Part shown: piece after piece, positions 9,947 through 18,384 of the stretch
Layout of the letters: the number at the start of each line of letters is the position of its first letter
How positions within the stretch are numbered: position 1 is the stretch's first letter
DNA from: Longimicrobiales bacterium
GTDB lineage: Bacteria; Gemmatimonadota; Gemmatimonadetes; Longimicrobiales; Gaopeijiaceae
DNA length: 64,000 nt
NCBI GenBank assembly: GCA_965202985.1
Contig: CBDBCF010000001.1
Span: forward strand, 608,001 to 672,000
Reading direction: 5' to 3'
Made by a program: the position numbers and the translations under genes
The notes under the pieces: model-generated
What the model was told of the DNA's origin: nothing
The model's database searches: none
Seen by the model: the letters and a program-made list of their open reading frames with translations, nothing else

Positions 9947-10815
9947 TCGGGCGATACTTGGGGCGCGAGGCCTTCCGGAAACTCGCGAGAGGCCACTGTC
10001 ACGGAACACCGGTAGACGCGGGATATGTTCGCGGCGGTCAGAACGCGAGCCGCGTCTCCCTGGGCGGCCGGAGCGCCGCTCTCCATGAGGAGGTGCCGAT
10101 CCCCGAATCGGGCCGCCAAGTTCAGGTGGTGGGTCACGGCCACCACAGCCACGCCGTCGCTTCGCGCCAAGTCGCGGAGCAGCCGGAAGACGGCCGTCTC
10201 GTAGCGCATGTCCAGGGCCGCCGTCGGCTCGTCCAGCAGCAGGATCGACGGCTCCTGGGCCAGCGCCCGCGCGATCCGCGTCCGCTGCCGTTCGCCGCCC
10301 GACAAGCTGCGGAAGTCCCGTTCCTCCAACCCTGCGACGCCGCAACGCTCCATGGCGCGGGCCACGGCCTCGCGGTCTTGCCTGCCTTCGCGGCGCCAAG
10401 GACCCAAGCTGGCGTAGCGTCCCATGGCCACCAAGCTCCGGGCCGTCACGGGAAACGGCACGTGTTCGTGCTGGGTCACGACCGCCATCCGGGCCGCCAG
10501 AGCCCGGCGCGGCCACCGGTCCAAGGGGCGGCCCGCAAATCGAACTTGACCCGACCGAGCGCGCGCTCCGCCCGCGAGGAGCCGCAGCAGCGTGGACTTG
10601 CCGGACCCGTTGGGGCCAAGCACGGTACTCACCGCGCCGGGTTCGGTCTCTAGCGAGATGCCGTCCACCGCGGGACGGGCCGCCCCCGGGTACCGGTAGA
10701 CGAGGGACCGAGCTTCCAGCAGGGGAGCGGCTTCGGCGGCGCGGGGGGACCCGGAGGCGCGGACGGCCTGGGACGCGGGGGGCGCGGGCTCGGAACTTGG
10801 AGCCGGACCGTTCAC
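9943..10815 (-). CDS. ABC transporter ATP-binding protein (FepC/BtuD/HmuV type)
   Basis: GPNGSGKST, LSGGERQR, LLLDEPT, VTHHLNLA; GTG start overlaps the permease stop (GTGA). Confidence 0.9.
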   Translation of the reverse strand: MNGPAPSSEPAPPASQAVRASGSPRAAEAAPLLEARSLVYRYPGAARPAVDGISLETEPGAVSTVLGPNGSGKSTLLRLLAGGARARSGQVRFAGRPLDRWPRRALAARMAVVTQHEHVPFPVTARSLVAMGRYASLGPWRREGRQDREAVARAMERCGVAGLEERDFRSLSGGERQRTRIARALAQEPSILLLDEPTAALDMRYETAVFRLLRDLARSDGVAVVAVTHHLNLAARFGDRHLLMESGAPAAQGDAARVLTAANISRVYRCSVTVASREFPEGLAPQVSPD

Positions 10816-11801
10816 CGGGTGCTCCTTGCGAGCAGCACCGCGAAGAGCGGGACGCCCACCAAGGCGGTCACCACCCCCGTGGGAAGTTCCTGAGGCGCCG
10901 CGACCGTCCGTGCCGCCGTGTCGACAAGAACGAGGAACGTCCCTCCGGCCAGAAACGACGCCGGGAGAAGCACGCGGTGGCCTCCGCCCCACAACAGGCG
11001 AACGGCATGTGGGACGACGAGGCCCACGAAGCCGATGACCCCGGCCGCTGCGACGGAGGCGGCCACGGCCAGGGATGCGGCCACGTAGCCCGCCTGCTTG
11101 ACCGTTTCCACGCGCACGCCCAGGTAGGCGGCCGTTTCTTCGCCGACCGTCATCACGTCCAGCGGCCGAGCGAGCACGAAGGTCGCCCCCACCAACGGGA
11201 TCAGCACGACCGCCAAGGCGCCGACCTCGGCAGGACCGGCTCGCGCCAAGCTCCCCATCATCCAGAACATCGCCGAGCGGAAGGACTCGGCGTCGGCCAG
11301 GGTGAGCAGGAGCAGCACGACGGCGTTGAAGAACGCTCCCGCGATCACTCCGGCCAGCAGCAGTACGCGGGTATCCAGCACCGGACCCGCCGACATGGCC
11401 ACTCGCCGCACCGCGAACACGGCCAGCAACGCCCCTGCCACGGCGCCGCCCCCAACACCCCCGCGAAACGCCGCCAGTCCCAGGGCGAGAGCGGCCACCG
11501 AGCCGGCCGCGGCCCCGCCGGACACGCCCAGCACGTACGGGTCGGCCAAGGGATTGCGCAGCAAGGCCTGCAAGACGGCGCCCGCCACCGCCAGCGCGCC
11601 GCCCACTAGCAACCCCAGCACCACGCGGGGCGCCCGCAGCTCCAGCACGACGACGCGCTGGCGCTCGTCCCCGCCCCCCAACAGCACCTCCATGACCTGC
11701 CCCGGACCGATCGCCGCCGAACCGGCGTAGAGGCCGGCCAGCACCGCCCCGGCCGCCAGCACCGCAAGCAGCCCCAGGAGCCTGCCGGGGCTCGTCTTCA
11801 C
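10812..11801 (-). CDS. FecCD/BtuC-family ABC permease
   Basis: LRAPRV, LLRNPLADPYVLGVSGGA, GVIGFVGLVVPH, ELPTGVVTALVG. Confidence 0.92.
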   Translation of the reverse strand: MKTSPGRLLGLLAVLAAGAVLAGLYAGSAAIGPGQVMEVLLGGGDERQRVVVLELRAPRVVLGLLVGGALAVAGAVLQALLRNPLADPYVLGVSGGAAAGSVAALALGLAAFRGGVGGGAVAGALLAVFAVRRVAMSAGPVLDTRVLLLAGVIAGAFFNAVVLLLLTLADAESFRSAMFWMMGSLARAGPAEVGALAVVLIPLVGATFVLARPLDVMTVGEETAAYLGVRVETVKQAGYVAASLAVAASVAAAGVIGFVGLVVPHAVRLLWGGGHRVLLPASFLAGGTFLVLVDTAARTVAAPQELPTGVVTALVGVPLFAVLLARSTR

Positions 11802-11862
11802 GATCCGGCCCGCGACCGCGATCTAGCCCCGGCCCGAACCCCGCCTGCGGTCCTCGTTCGGC

Positions 11863-12894
11863 TCATGGCCTGCTCGCACGGTCGCCGCCGTGAAAGAGCG
11901 CCGCCAGCAACCGCGCCGCTTCGCCCATTCGCGGACCCGGCCGGCCGAACAGCGAAGCATCCACCGTCGCGATGCGCCCCGCCTCCACCGCGGGCACGGC
12001 CTGCCAACCCGGCGAGGCAGCCAGCCGCTCCGCCGCGCGTTCCGCCGACCGCGCCGCTATCGCCGAAGGCGCCGGCAACTGGCCTTTCCGCGCCCGGCCG
12101 AGTCCCGCCACGGGGAGTCCCGCCACGGGGAGGATCACGTAGTCCGGATCCCGCCACACGACCTCCTCGAGGCTCACCATGGGCCAGGGCCCGTTCATGT
12201 CCGCAAACACGTTCGACACGCCGCCGGCCGCCAGCACCGAGTCCAGGAACGTCCCCGGCCCTGCGGTCATGGGCGGATCGCGCTGCACCACGTACGCCGC
12301 TTCCACCGGCGATCGGCCGGCCCAGGTCGCCCGGGCCGCCGCCAAGTCGTCTTCCACGGCCGCCACCAGCGAGTCGGCACGGTCGGGCGCCCCCGTCAGA
12401 CGTCCCAGGTTGCGAGTCAGCCGCCGAAAGTCCTCCATCGTCTGCACTCGAGCGCCGTACCAAGCCAGCCCCAGCGCATCCAGGCGACTCCCCAGCGACG
12501 CGCCGCTTCCCGCCGCGGGCCACACCACCACCAAGTCGGGGGTCAGCTCGGCCAGGAACTCCAAGCTGGGATCGATGCCGCCGCCCACCGAGGGGAGCGA
12601 CGCCAGTTCGGCCTGCTCGTCGTAGCGGGTTCGCGCAACCAAACGATCTCCTGCCCCCAGAGCCACCAGGGTCTCGGTGGCCGCCGGCACAAGCGACACG
12701 ATGCGGCTACGGGGAGGAGACGCCGAGTGGATGCGTCCCAGGTCGTCGGCCACCGCGTCCGGGCCTTCCGGTGCACCACCTCCGCGGGCGCACGCCGCGA
12801 GCAGCAGGCTCGCCCCGAGCAACAGCCCCGCGCAGCCGTCTCGAACCAGCCGCCCGCGCGCCGGAGGCCGCCTTCGGCGCCGGCGTTCGCGCAA
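11863..12894 (-). CDS. Helical-backbone substrate-binding lipoprotein (BtuF/siderophore type)
   Basis: Lipobox LLAAC; DDLGR..RIVSLVPAATETLVALG; VSLEEVV..DPD; RPGPRM; start (TTG 12894) approximate. Confidence 0.85.
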   Translation of the reverse strand: MRERRRRRRPPARGRLVRDGCAGLLLGASLLLAACARGGGAPEGPDAVADDLGRIHSASPPRSRIVSLVPAATETLVALGAGDRLVARTRYDEQAELASLPSVGGGIDPSLEFLAELTPDLVVVWPAAGSGASLGSRLDALGLAWYGARVQTMEDFRRLTRNLGRLTGAPDRADSLVAAVEDDLAAARATWAGRSPVEAAYVVQRDPPMTAGPGTFLDSVLAAGGVSNVFADMNGPWPMVSLEEVVWRDPDYVILPVAGLPVAGLGRARKGQLPAPSAIAARSAERAAERLAASPGWQAVPAVEAGRIATVDASLFGRPGPRMGEAARLLAALFHGGDRASRP

Positions 12895-12902
12895 CCGGCC
12901 GG

Positions 12903-14840
12903 CTACAGCAGCGCGTTGGCGGTCCATGCCCCCGCGTACGCCAGGGCCAGCATGTAGGCGAATTGCAACGCGGGCCACCGCCAGCCGCCCGTCTCGCGAC
13001 GCACCACCGCCACCGTGGACATGCACTGGAGCGCGAAGACGAAGAACAGGAGCAACCCCACGGCCGACCCGAAGTCCAGGTCTCGTCGAAGAGCCGCCTG
13101 CAGCTCCATGTTCTCGTCGCCCGCGTTCTCCACGCCGTAGATCGTACCCAGCGTGCCCACGATGACTTCGCGGGCCGCCAAAGACGTGACCAGCCCGATC
13201 CCCACGCGCCAATCGAAGCCCAGGGGCTCGATCGCCGGCTCGATCACTTGGCCGATCCGTCCCAGGGCGCTGTCGCCGATCTCGGGCGCGCCGCCTTCGG
13301 GATCCCGCGGAACCTGGGTCAGCACCCAGAGCGCCACCGCCACCGCAAGGATGATCTTGCCCGCCCGACGCAGAAAGATGCGGGTCCGCTCCACGAGCCG
13401 CGCGGCGATGGAGCGCGCCGAGGGCAAGCGGTACGGGGGAAGCTCCATGACGAAAGGCGTGGGGCGGTCCCGGAGCAGGGTGCCCTTGAGGACCGCCGCC
13501 GTGATCACGGCCACGACCAGCCCCAAGGCGTAGAGCCCCAAGAGCACCGCGGCGCGGCGTCCCACGAAGGGGCCGAGCAGCGGGCCCGCCGGGATGAAGG
13601 CGGCGATGAGCAGCGCGTAGACGGGCAGCCGCGCGGAACAGGTCATGAACGGGGCCACGAAAACGGTGGCGATCCGGTCCCGCTCGTTCCCCACGGTCCG
13701 CGCCGCCATGACCGCCGGGACGGCGCAAGCGTAGGCCGACAGGAGAGGAAGAAAGGACTCGCCCTGCAGGCCCACGCGGTGCATGAGGCGGTCGGCGATG
13801 ACGGCGGCTCGCGCCATGTAGCCCGAGTCCTCCAGGATCGAGATGAAGAAGAACAGGACGAGGATCTGCGGAAGGAAGACGACCACCGAGCCGACGCCGG
13901 CCCACACGCCGTCCACCAGCAGCGAGCGGAACCAACTGTCGGGCAGGACGCCGGCCAAGTACTCTCCAGAGCCGGCGACCAGGGCCTCGGTCCCGTCCAT
14001 GAGGGGCACGGCCCAGGCGAAGATAGACTGAAAGACCAGCACGACCACCGCCAGGAAGGCCATCGGCCCCAGGATCGGGTGAAGAAGAAGCGCGTCCAGT
14101 CGGTGGGTGACCGGCGACGGACGAGGCGCGCGGAAGCCCGCCGACCGCCCGATCGTGCGTGCCCGCTGCCGCCGGTCGGCGAAGAGGTCCACCACGGGAA
14201 GGGAACGGCCGGCCGGGTCGGGGGCGCCGTTCGCGACAAGGGACGATGCGGTCGGGGCGACCACCGGACAGGCGGGGGCCTCCTGGCTCAGCATCGACAG
14301 GAATCGGCGGACGGGTTCCAGGGCCGGCGCGCTCCGGGCGTCGACCAGGGCCACGTTCACGCCGAGCTCCTGAGCCAGCGCCGAGGCCCGCAGCGCGCCG
14401 TCGCGACGCCCGAGTTCGTCGGCCATCGTCAGGACCACCAGCGTCGGCAGCCCCAGGGCCAGCACGGGTTCCGCCAGCATGAGGTGGGACTCCAAGCGCG
14501 TCGCGTCCAAGACCAGGATCACGGCGTCGGGCGCCGGCGCCCCTTCCATGCGTCCCAGGAGCACGTCTCGCGTCACTCGCTGGTCCATGCTGCGCGGCGA
14601 CAGGCCGTGGACGCCGGGCAGGTCCGTCACCTCGACCGATCCCGCGGGCAACAGGGCCGTTCCCGTGCGCTGCTCCACCGTCACGCCGGGGTAGTTGGCC
14701 ACGCGCTGGCGAAGCCCCGTCAGGCGGTTGAAGAGGGTGGACTTGCCCGAGTTCGGCGGGCCCACCAAGGCCACCCTGGGGAAACGGCCGTCCGGGGTCT
14801 GCCCGGAGCTGGCGGGCTTCGGCGCAGGGCTGTCGGACAT
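12903..14840 (-). CDS. feoB: Ferrous iron transporter B
   Basis: GPPNSGKSTLFN, VANYPGVTVE, DLPG, LEDSGYMAR, PFMTCSARLPVY, FVMELPPY, AAREV. Confidence 0.95.
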   Translation of the reverse strand: MSDSPAPKPASSGQTPDGRFPRVALVGPPNSGKSTLFNRLTGLRQRVANYPGVTVEQRTGTALLPAGSVEVTDLPGVHGLSPRSMDQRVTRDVLLGRMEGAPAPDAVILVLDATRLESHLMLAEPVLALGLPTLVVLTMADELGRRDGALRASALAQELGVNVALVDARSAPALEPVRRFLSMLSQEAPACPVVAPTASSLVANGAPDPAGRSLPVVDLFADRRQRARTIGRSAGFRAPRPSPVTHRLDALLLHPILGPMAFLAVVVLVFQSIFAWAVPLMDGTEALVAGSGEYLAGVLPDSWFRSLLVDGVWAGVGSVVVFLPQILVLFFFISILEDSGYMARAAVIADRLMHRVGLQGESFLPLLSAYACAVPAVMAARTVGNERDRIATVFVAPFMTCSARLPVYALLIAAFIPAGPLLGPFVGRRAAVLLGLYALGLVVAVITAAVLKGTLLRDRPTPFVMELPPYRLPSARSIAARLVERTRIFLRRAGKIILAVAVALWVLTQVPRDPEGGAPEIGDSALGRIGQVIEPAIEPLGFDWRVGIGLVTSLAAREVIVGTLGTIYGVENAGDENMELQAALRRDLDFGSAVGLLLFFVFALQCMSTVAVVRRETGGWRWPALQFAYMLALAYAGAWTANALL

Positions 14841-14893
14841 CGTGGCACCGCCGCCCGGATCGTGCGCGCCGGACGCCCTGCCGACGCCGGCGA

Positions 14894-15208
14894 TCAATTC
14901 GGGTCCAGGACCCCCGCCGCCTCCAGGCCGCTTCGTACGCACAGGCACGAAGCCGTCTCCTTCCGCAGGGCGACCAGCGCGCCGTCCACGCGGTAGACCG
15001 TCGGGTTCCCCGCGGGGGCGTGGCGCACCGGACAGAGCCGGCAACCGGGCACGATGCCCTTCTCCAGCAAGGGTTCCAGGTCGTCGCCGGCCAGGTCGAT
15101 CCGAACGAGAACGACCTCTTCCTTCAAGGGCACGTCGGCCAGCATGCGGTCGGCGCCCTTGGGGGCCGGGCCGCGATCGTTCGGAGCGTCGTCGCGTGGT
15201 TTGGTCAT
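14894..15208 (-). CDS. feoA: Ferrous iron transport protein A
   Basis: LLEKGIVPG...AP.GNP...RVDGALVALRKE; directly upstream of feoB. Confidence 0.88.
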   Translation of the reverse strand: MTKPRDDAPNDRGPAPKGADRMLADVPLKEEVVLVRIDLAGDDLEPLLEKGIVPGCRLCPVRHAPAGNPTVYRVDGALVALRKETASCLCVRSGLEAAGVLDPN

Positions 15209-15243
15209 GCTCCGTCCATGCTTCGGTTGCGTCGTCGGGACGC

Positions 15244-15269
15244 AATGAGATTGAGATTGATTCTCATTG
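15244..15269. promoter_or_regulatory. Fur-like operator upstream of feoA
   Basis: AATGAGATTGAGATTGATTCTCATTG containing the 7-1-7 dyad TGAGATTGATTCTCA (15252-15266); AT-rich island in GC-rich DNA. Confidence 0.75.
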
Positions 15270-15297
15270 AACCAATACGGTAGTAGAGTAGGGAGTC

Positions 15298-15936
15298 ATG
15301 ACGCAAGAGGAAGCCCCGGATACCGCCGTCGCGTACCCCGTGCCCGCAGGCGTCGGCGAAGGCGAATCGACGGTGCGCCGAAGTCGGTTCGTGGCGCGGG
15401 TCGGCCGAGCCCGGAGTCGCAACCAGGCGCTCCAATTCGTCCAGGACGCCAAGGAGCGCCTGCCCGGCGCCACGCACTACTGCTGGGCGTTCAACTCGGG
15501 GCCGCCCGGCTCCGCCGTTCAGGTGGGAGCGAGCGACGCGGGCGAGCCGCCGGGCACGGCCGGGCGCTCCATGCTCGCCTACCTCCTCCGCTCGGGCGTG
15601 GGCGAGGTCGTGGCGGTGTGCGCACGGTACTACGGCGGAGTCAAGCTGGGAACGGGAGGGCTGGCCCGGGCCTACTCCGACAGCGCGAAGCAGGCTTTGG
15701 TGGCCTGCCCGAAGAAGACGAACGTCGAGCGCGTCCCGGTCCGGGTCGCGATTCCCTACGCCTCCGTGGACCGCGTGGAACGGTTGTGGGCCAAGTTGGG
15801 CGCAACCGTTCGGGAGAGGGAGTTCGGCGCCTTCGTTCGCTACGAGGTAGCTGTCCCGCGGGAACAGCGCCTGCGCATGGAAGAGGAGGTCGCCGGCGTC
15901 ACGGCGGGAACCGGACGAATCGAAGACCCGGCCTAG
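15298..15936 (+). CDS. yigZ: YigZ/IMPACT family protein
   Basis: RSRF, ATHYCWAF, SDAGEPPGTAG, RYYGGVKLGTGGLARAY. Confidence 0.92.
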   Translation: MTQEEAPDTAVAYPVPAGVGEGESTVRRSRFVARVGRARSRNQALQFVQDAKERLPGATHYCWAFNSGPPGSAVQVGASDAGEPPGTAGRSMLAYLLRSGVGEVVAVCARYYGGVKLGTGGLARAYSDSAKQALVACPKKTNVERVPVRVAIPYASVDRVERLWAKLGATVREREFGAFVRYEVAVPREQRLRMEEEVAGVTAGTGRIEDPA

Positions 15937-16062
15937 CTAAGGAGCAACGGCCCCAAGAGGAAACGGCTACGGGAAGGCGCTCGGCGTCCGTCTCGGGCGG
16001 CGTCCCCGGGGCGCGAGTCGCCCCCCGGGGATCTCTGGCGGAAGTGCGGGCCTACGGCAGGG

Positions 16063-16272
16063 TCAACCCAGCCGGACCACGTTTTCCGCGGCCGGTCCCT
16101 TGGCCCCGTCGACCACGTCGAACTCCACCCGCTCGCCTTCGGCCAGGCTCCTGAAGCCCTCCCCCTGGATGGCGGAGAAGTGGACGAAGCAGTCTTCGCC
16201 GTTGTCGGCCCGCGAGATGAAGCCGAACCCCTTCTGGTCGTTGAACCACTTGACGGTTCCTTCGGTGCGCAC
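16063..16272 (-). CDS. Cold-shock protein (CspA family)
   Basis: [15 protein letters not shown] (RNP1), FVHFSAI (RNP2), [15 protein letters not shown] upstream. Confidence 0.97.
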   Translation of the reverse strand: MRTEGTVKWFNDQKGFGFISRADNGEDCFVHFSAIQGEGFRSLAEGERVEFDVVDGAKGPAAENVVRLG

Positions 16273-16501
16273 GCTGTCTCTCCCTCTGGTGTTGCTAGGT
16301 TGGTCCGCCGGTGTCTGTCTTGGTCGCCGGCGTGTTCCGGCTTGCCCGTAGCCGGACGAATTTCAGCGGCCAGCAAAAAGACGGGCATCCCCCACGGTCG
16401 TTCGGGGCCCGTCTTCTTCTGGGTGATCGCACTGGCCGCTGCGGACTCGCTCTTGAATGGTCGCTCAAGGTGAAGGTCGCATGACGCGCCGGTGGGGTCA
16501 A
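16273..16501 (-). promoter_or_regulatory. csp promoter and ~190-nt structured 5' leader
   Basis: TTGACC(16501-16496)-N17-GACCTT(16478-16473); nested stems 16364-16373/16432-16441 and 16378-16386/16407-16415. Confidence 0.55.
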
Positions 16502-16516
16502 CCCGCCCGGGGCTCG

Positions 16517-17038
16517 TCAACCGGAGTCGCCCGAGCCTCTCGTCGTCCAACCCGAGTCGGGGTTGCACAGAAGGCTTGGCCGGTCGGGGTCTCGGCAGGC
16601 CGGCGCCTGGATCTCCAGCGTGTCGGAGACGACGTCCCCCGCGGTGGTGGCCCCGGACACGACCAGCCGGAAGTCGTAGGCCCTCGGAACGTTGCCCCAG
16701 ACGCGAGCCGTGTCCGGCTGCTCGAATCTGCGGCGTCCGGCCTTGCGCATGGAACGGGGGCACCAGAGGGGGTTGGCCGTCTCCGCCGCCAGCTCCCACG
16801 TCAGGACCACGTTCTGCCGAACCGCGGGCACGGCGCTGATCCGCACCCACAGGTTCTGGACCTCCACATCCAGCGTGTCCAGGACGATCTCCAAGCCGGC
16901 GGGGGGCGGATCGACTTCCAGGCTCGTCGGCAGTCCGGTCCCGCACGCGGACGGGGCGACGGTCGCGCCCGCCAATGCGCACAGGAACAAAGAGCGGCGC
17001 CGGGCCGCTCGCGTGGTGCTCCTCCGGGGTTCCCACAT
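16517..17038 (-). CDS. Hypothetical (lipo)protein
   Basis: AAGGAGG RBS, basic N-terminus, hydrophobic stretch ending SAC; no family recognised. Confidence 0.65.
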   Translation of the reverse strand: MWEPRRSTTRAARRRSLFLCALAGATVAPSACGTGLPTSLEVDPPPAGLEIVLDTLDVEVQNLWVRISAVPAVRQNVVLTWELAAETANPLWCPRSMRKAGRRRFEQPDTARVWGNVPRAYDFRLVVSGATTAGDVVSDTLEIQAPACRDPDRPSLLCNPDSGWTTRGSGDSG

Positions 17039-17085
17039 GGCGTCCTCCTTCGCTCGGTCTTCCCTCGGTGCAACGCGTTCCTGAC

Positions 17086-17114
17086 AAGATAATTTAGGCG
17101 TCCCTAAAATGCAA
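17086..17114 (-). promoter_or_regulatory. Sigma70-type promoter with DtxR/MntR-like operator in the spacer
   Basis: TTGCAT(17114-17109)-N17-TATCTT(17091-17086); spacer holds the perfect dyad TTTAGG-N4-CCTAAA (17093-17108). Confidence 0.65.
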
Positions 17115-17263
17115 CGATTTTGTTTTTCAATCGTTACGAAAACGTCTTCTTGGAGATCGGAGTCGGTGCGACCAGAGTCCGCGCTACGTCACCGACACCT
17201 GCGAAGACTTGTCCTCGGAAAGCAGTCCGACGACGACCTGACTCGGCTTGGCGCGACGGGCGG

Positions 17264-17545
17264 TCAGACGGGGCCGTTCGCGGTCCGCGCCAGCAGCTTG
17301 TCGCCCGTGTCGCAGTCCACCACGGCGTCCGCCGCCTCGTCCACCAACTCCGATCCCGACGCCGCCAAGATGCGACGCAGCCGCTCCGCCGTCCCCGACC
17401 CGAACCGCCGCGCCGCCAGCCGAACCACCAGCGCCCGCTTCTCGGCCAACCCCTGTTCCAGCCCTTGTTCCAGCCCCTGCTCCAGCCCCTGCTCTCGACC
17501 TTCCCGCCGGAGCTCCTCCGCTGCTTCCGCCGCCTGCCAGGACAT
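17264..17545 (-). CDS. Predicted internally initiated small Rpn C-terminal protein (Rpn-S-like, 93 aa)
   Basis: In-frame ATG preceded by AGGGAGGGAGGCGGC; MSWQAAEAAEELRREGREQG... Confidence 0.6.
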   Translation of the reverse strand: MSWQAAEAAEELRREGREQGLEQGLEQGLEQGLAEKRALVVRLAARRFGSGTAERLRRILAASGSELVDEAADAVVDCDTGDKLLARTANGPV

Positions 17546-18298
17546 GCCGCCTCCCTCCCTTGGGTGTCTGATCCGCTCCACGATCCGCTCTCTCGTCGCC
17601 CGCGCCACGCCCATCGCCCGCGCCGCCTCCTCCGCCCACATCGCGTAGCCCTCCCGCACGCCCGCGTGCTCCGGACCGCCGTAGCGCGCAACCAGCGCTT
17701 CCGTCACCCGGCCCAGGTTCCGCCAGTCCCGAACCAGGTCCACCAGCCACCGCAGCAGCGTGCCGTCCGCCGGCAAGTCTTGCTCCGCAGCCGACCTCGA
17801 GTCAAGGACCTCGTACAGGTGCGCCGTCTGCCGCCGGGCGGCGCTCGCAGACCCCGGCGGCGCCAGCGCGGCCACGCTCGTCAGCGCTCGCCACGGCTTG
17901 GGACCGACGTGCAGCACCGACGACAGGACGGTGGGCGCGCCGCTGCCGTCGGGGTTTCTCCACTGCTCGCTGGCTTTGAGGAAGCGGTAGAGGTGGGCGA
18001 CGTACTCGAGGCTTCGGAAGAGCATGTCGTAGCGGACGGCGGACTGGTACTCGACGTGGAAGACGACGGCGCGGCGGCGGTGGCGGAAGGGGACCCACCA
18101 AGCGGCGTCGGCGCGGCGGAGCTTGGGGCCGGGGGAGACGTGCTCGGTGGGCAGTTCGCGGATCGAGTCGAGGTCGAGTTCGCGGTGCCAGCCGCGAGCC
18201 ATGAAGTCGCGGACCAATGACTGGGCGGCGAGGGGGTGGGCGAAGAACGACTTGAGGACCTCGTCGTGCCTGCGGGGGCGCTTGGGACGCTCCGTCAT
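17264..18298 (-). CDS. Rpn/YhgA-like recombination-promoting nuclease (PD-(D/E)XK family), copy 1
   Basis: HD..LK..F.HP, RRAD..W.V, HVEYQS, M..R.L.Y, VLH.G..PW; C-terminal (GLEQ)n and RRFG domain. Confidence 0.88.
   Translation of the reverse strand: MTERPKRPRRHDEVLKSFFAHPLAAQSLVRDFMARGWHRELDLDSIRELPTEHVSPGPKLRRADAAWWVPFRHRRRAVVFHVEYQSAVRYDMLFRSLEYVAHLYRFLKASEQWRNPDGSGAPTVLSSVLHVGPKPWRALTSVAALAPPGSASAARRQTAHLYEVLDSRSAAEQDLPADGTLLRWLVDLVRDWRNLGRVTEALVARYGGPEHAGVREGYAMWAEEAARAMGVARATRERIVERIRHPREGGGMSWQAAEAAEELRREGREQGLEQGLEQGLEQGLAEKRALVVRLAARRFGSGTAERLRRILAASGSELVDEAADAVVDCDTGDKLLARTANGPV
17450..17494. repeat. 12-bp tandem repeat (~3.7 copies) encoding GLEQ
   Basis: CCCCTGTTCCAG CCCTTGTTCCAG CCCCTGCTCCAG CCCCTGCTC. 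Confidence 0.9.
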
Positions 18299-18384
18299 GG
18301 GTTGCGGTCTCCGTTGGCGCGGGGAGTTGGCGGACGTTGGCGGACCGGCCTGCGAGGACCGGGCGAGTCCTGGACACGGAGCAA

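Noticed and set aside
17264..18298. Rpn genes as IS transposases
   Set aside because: No terminal inverted repeats or target-site duplications found by eye; the family is a PD-(D/E)XK nuclease, not a demonstrated transposase.
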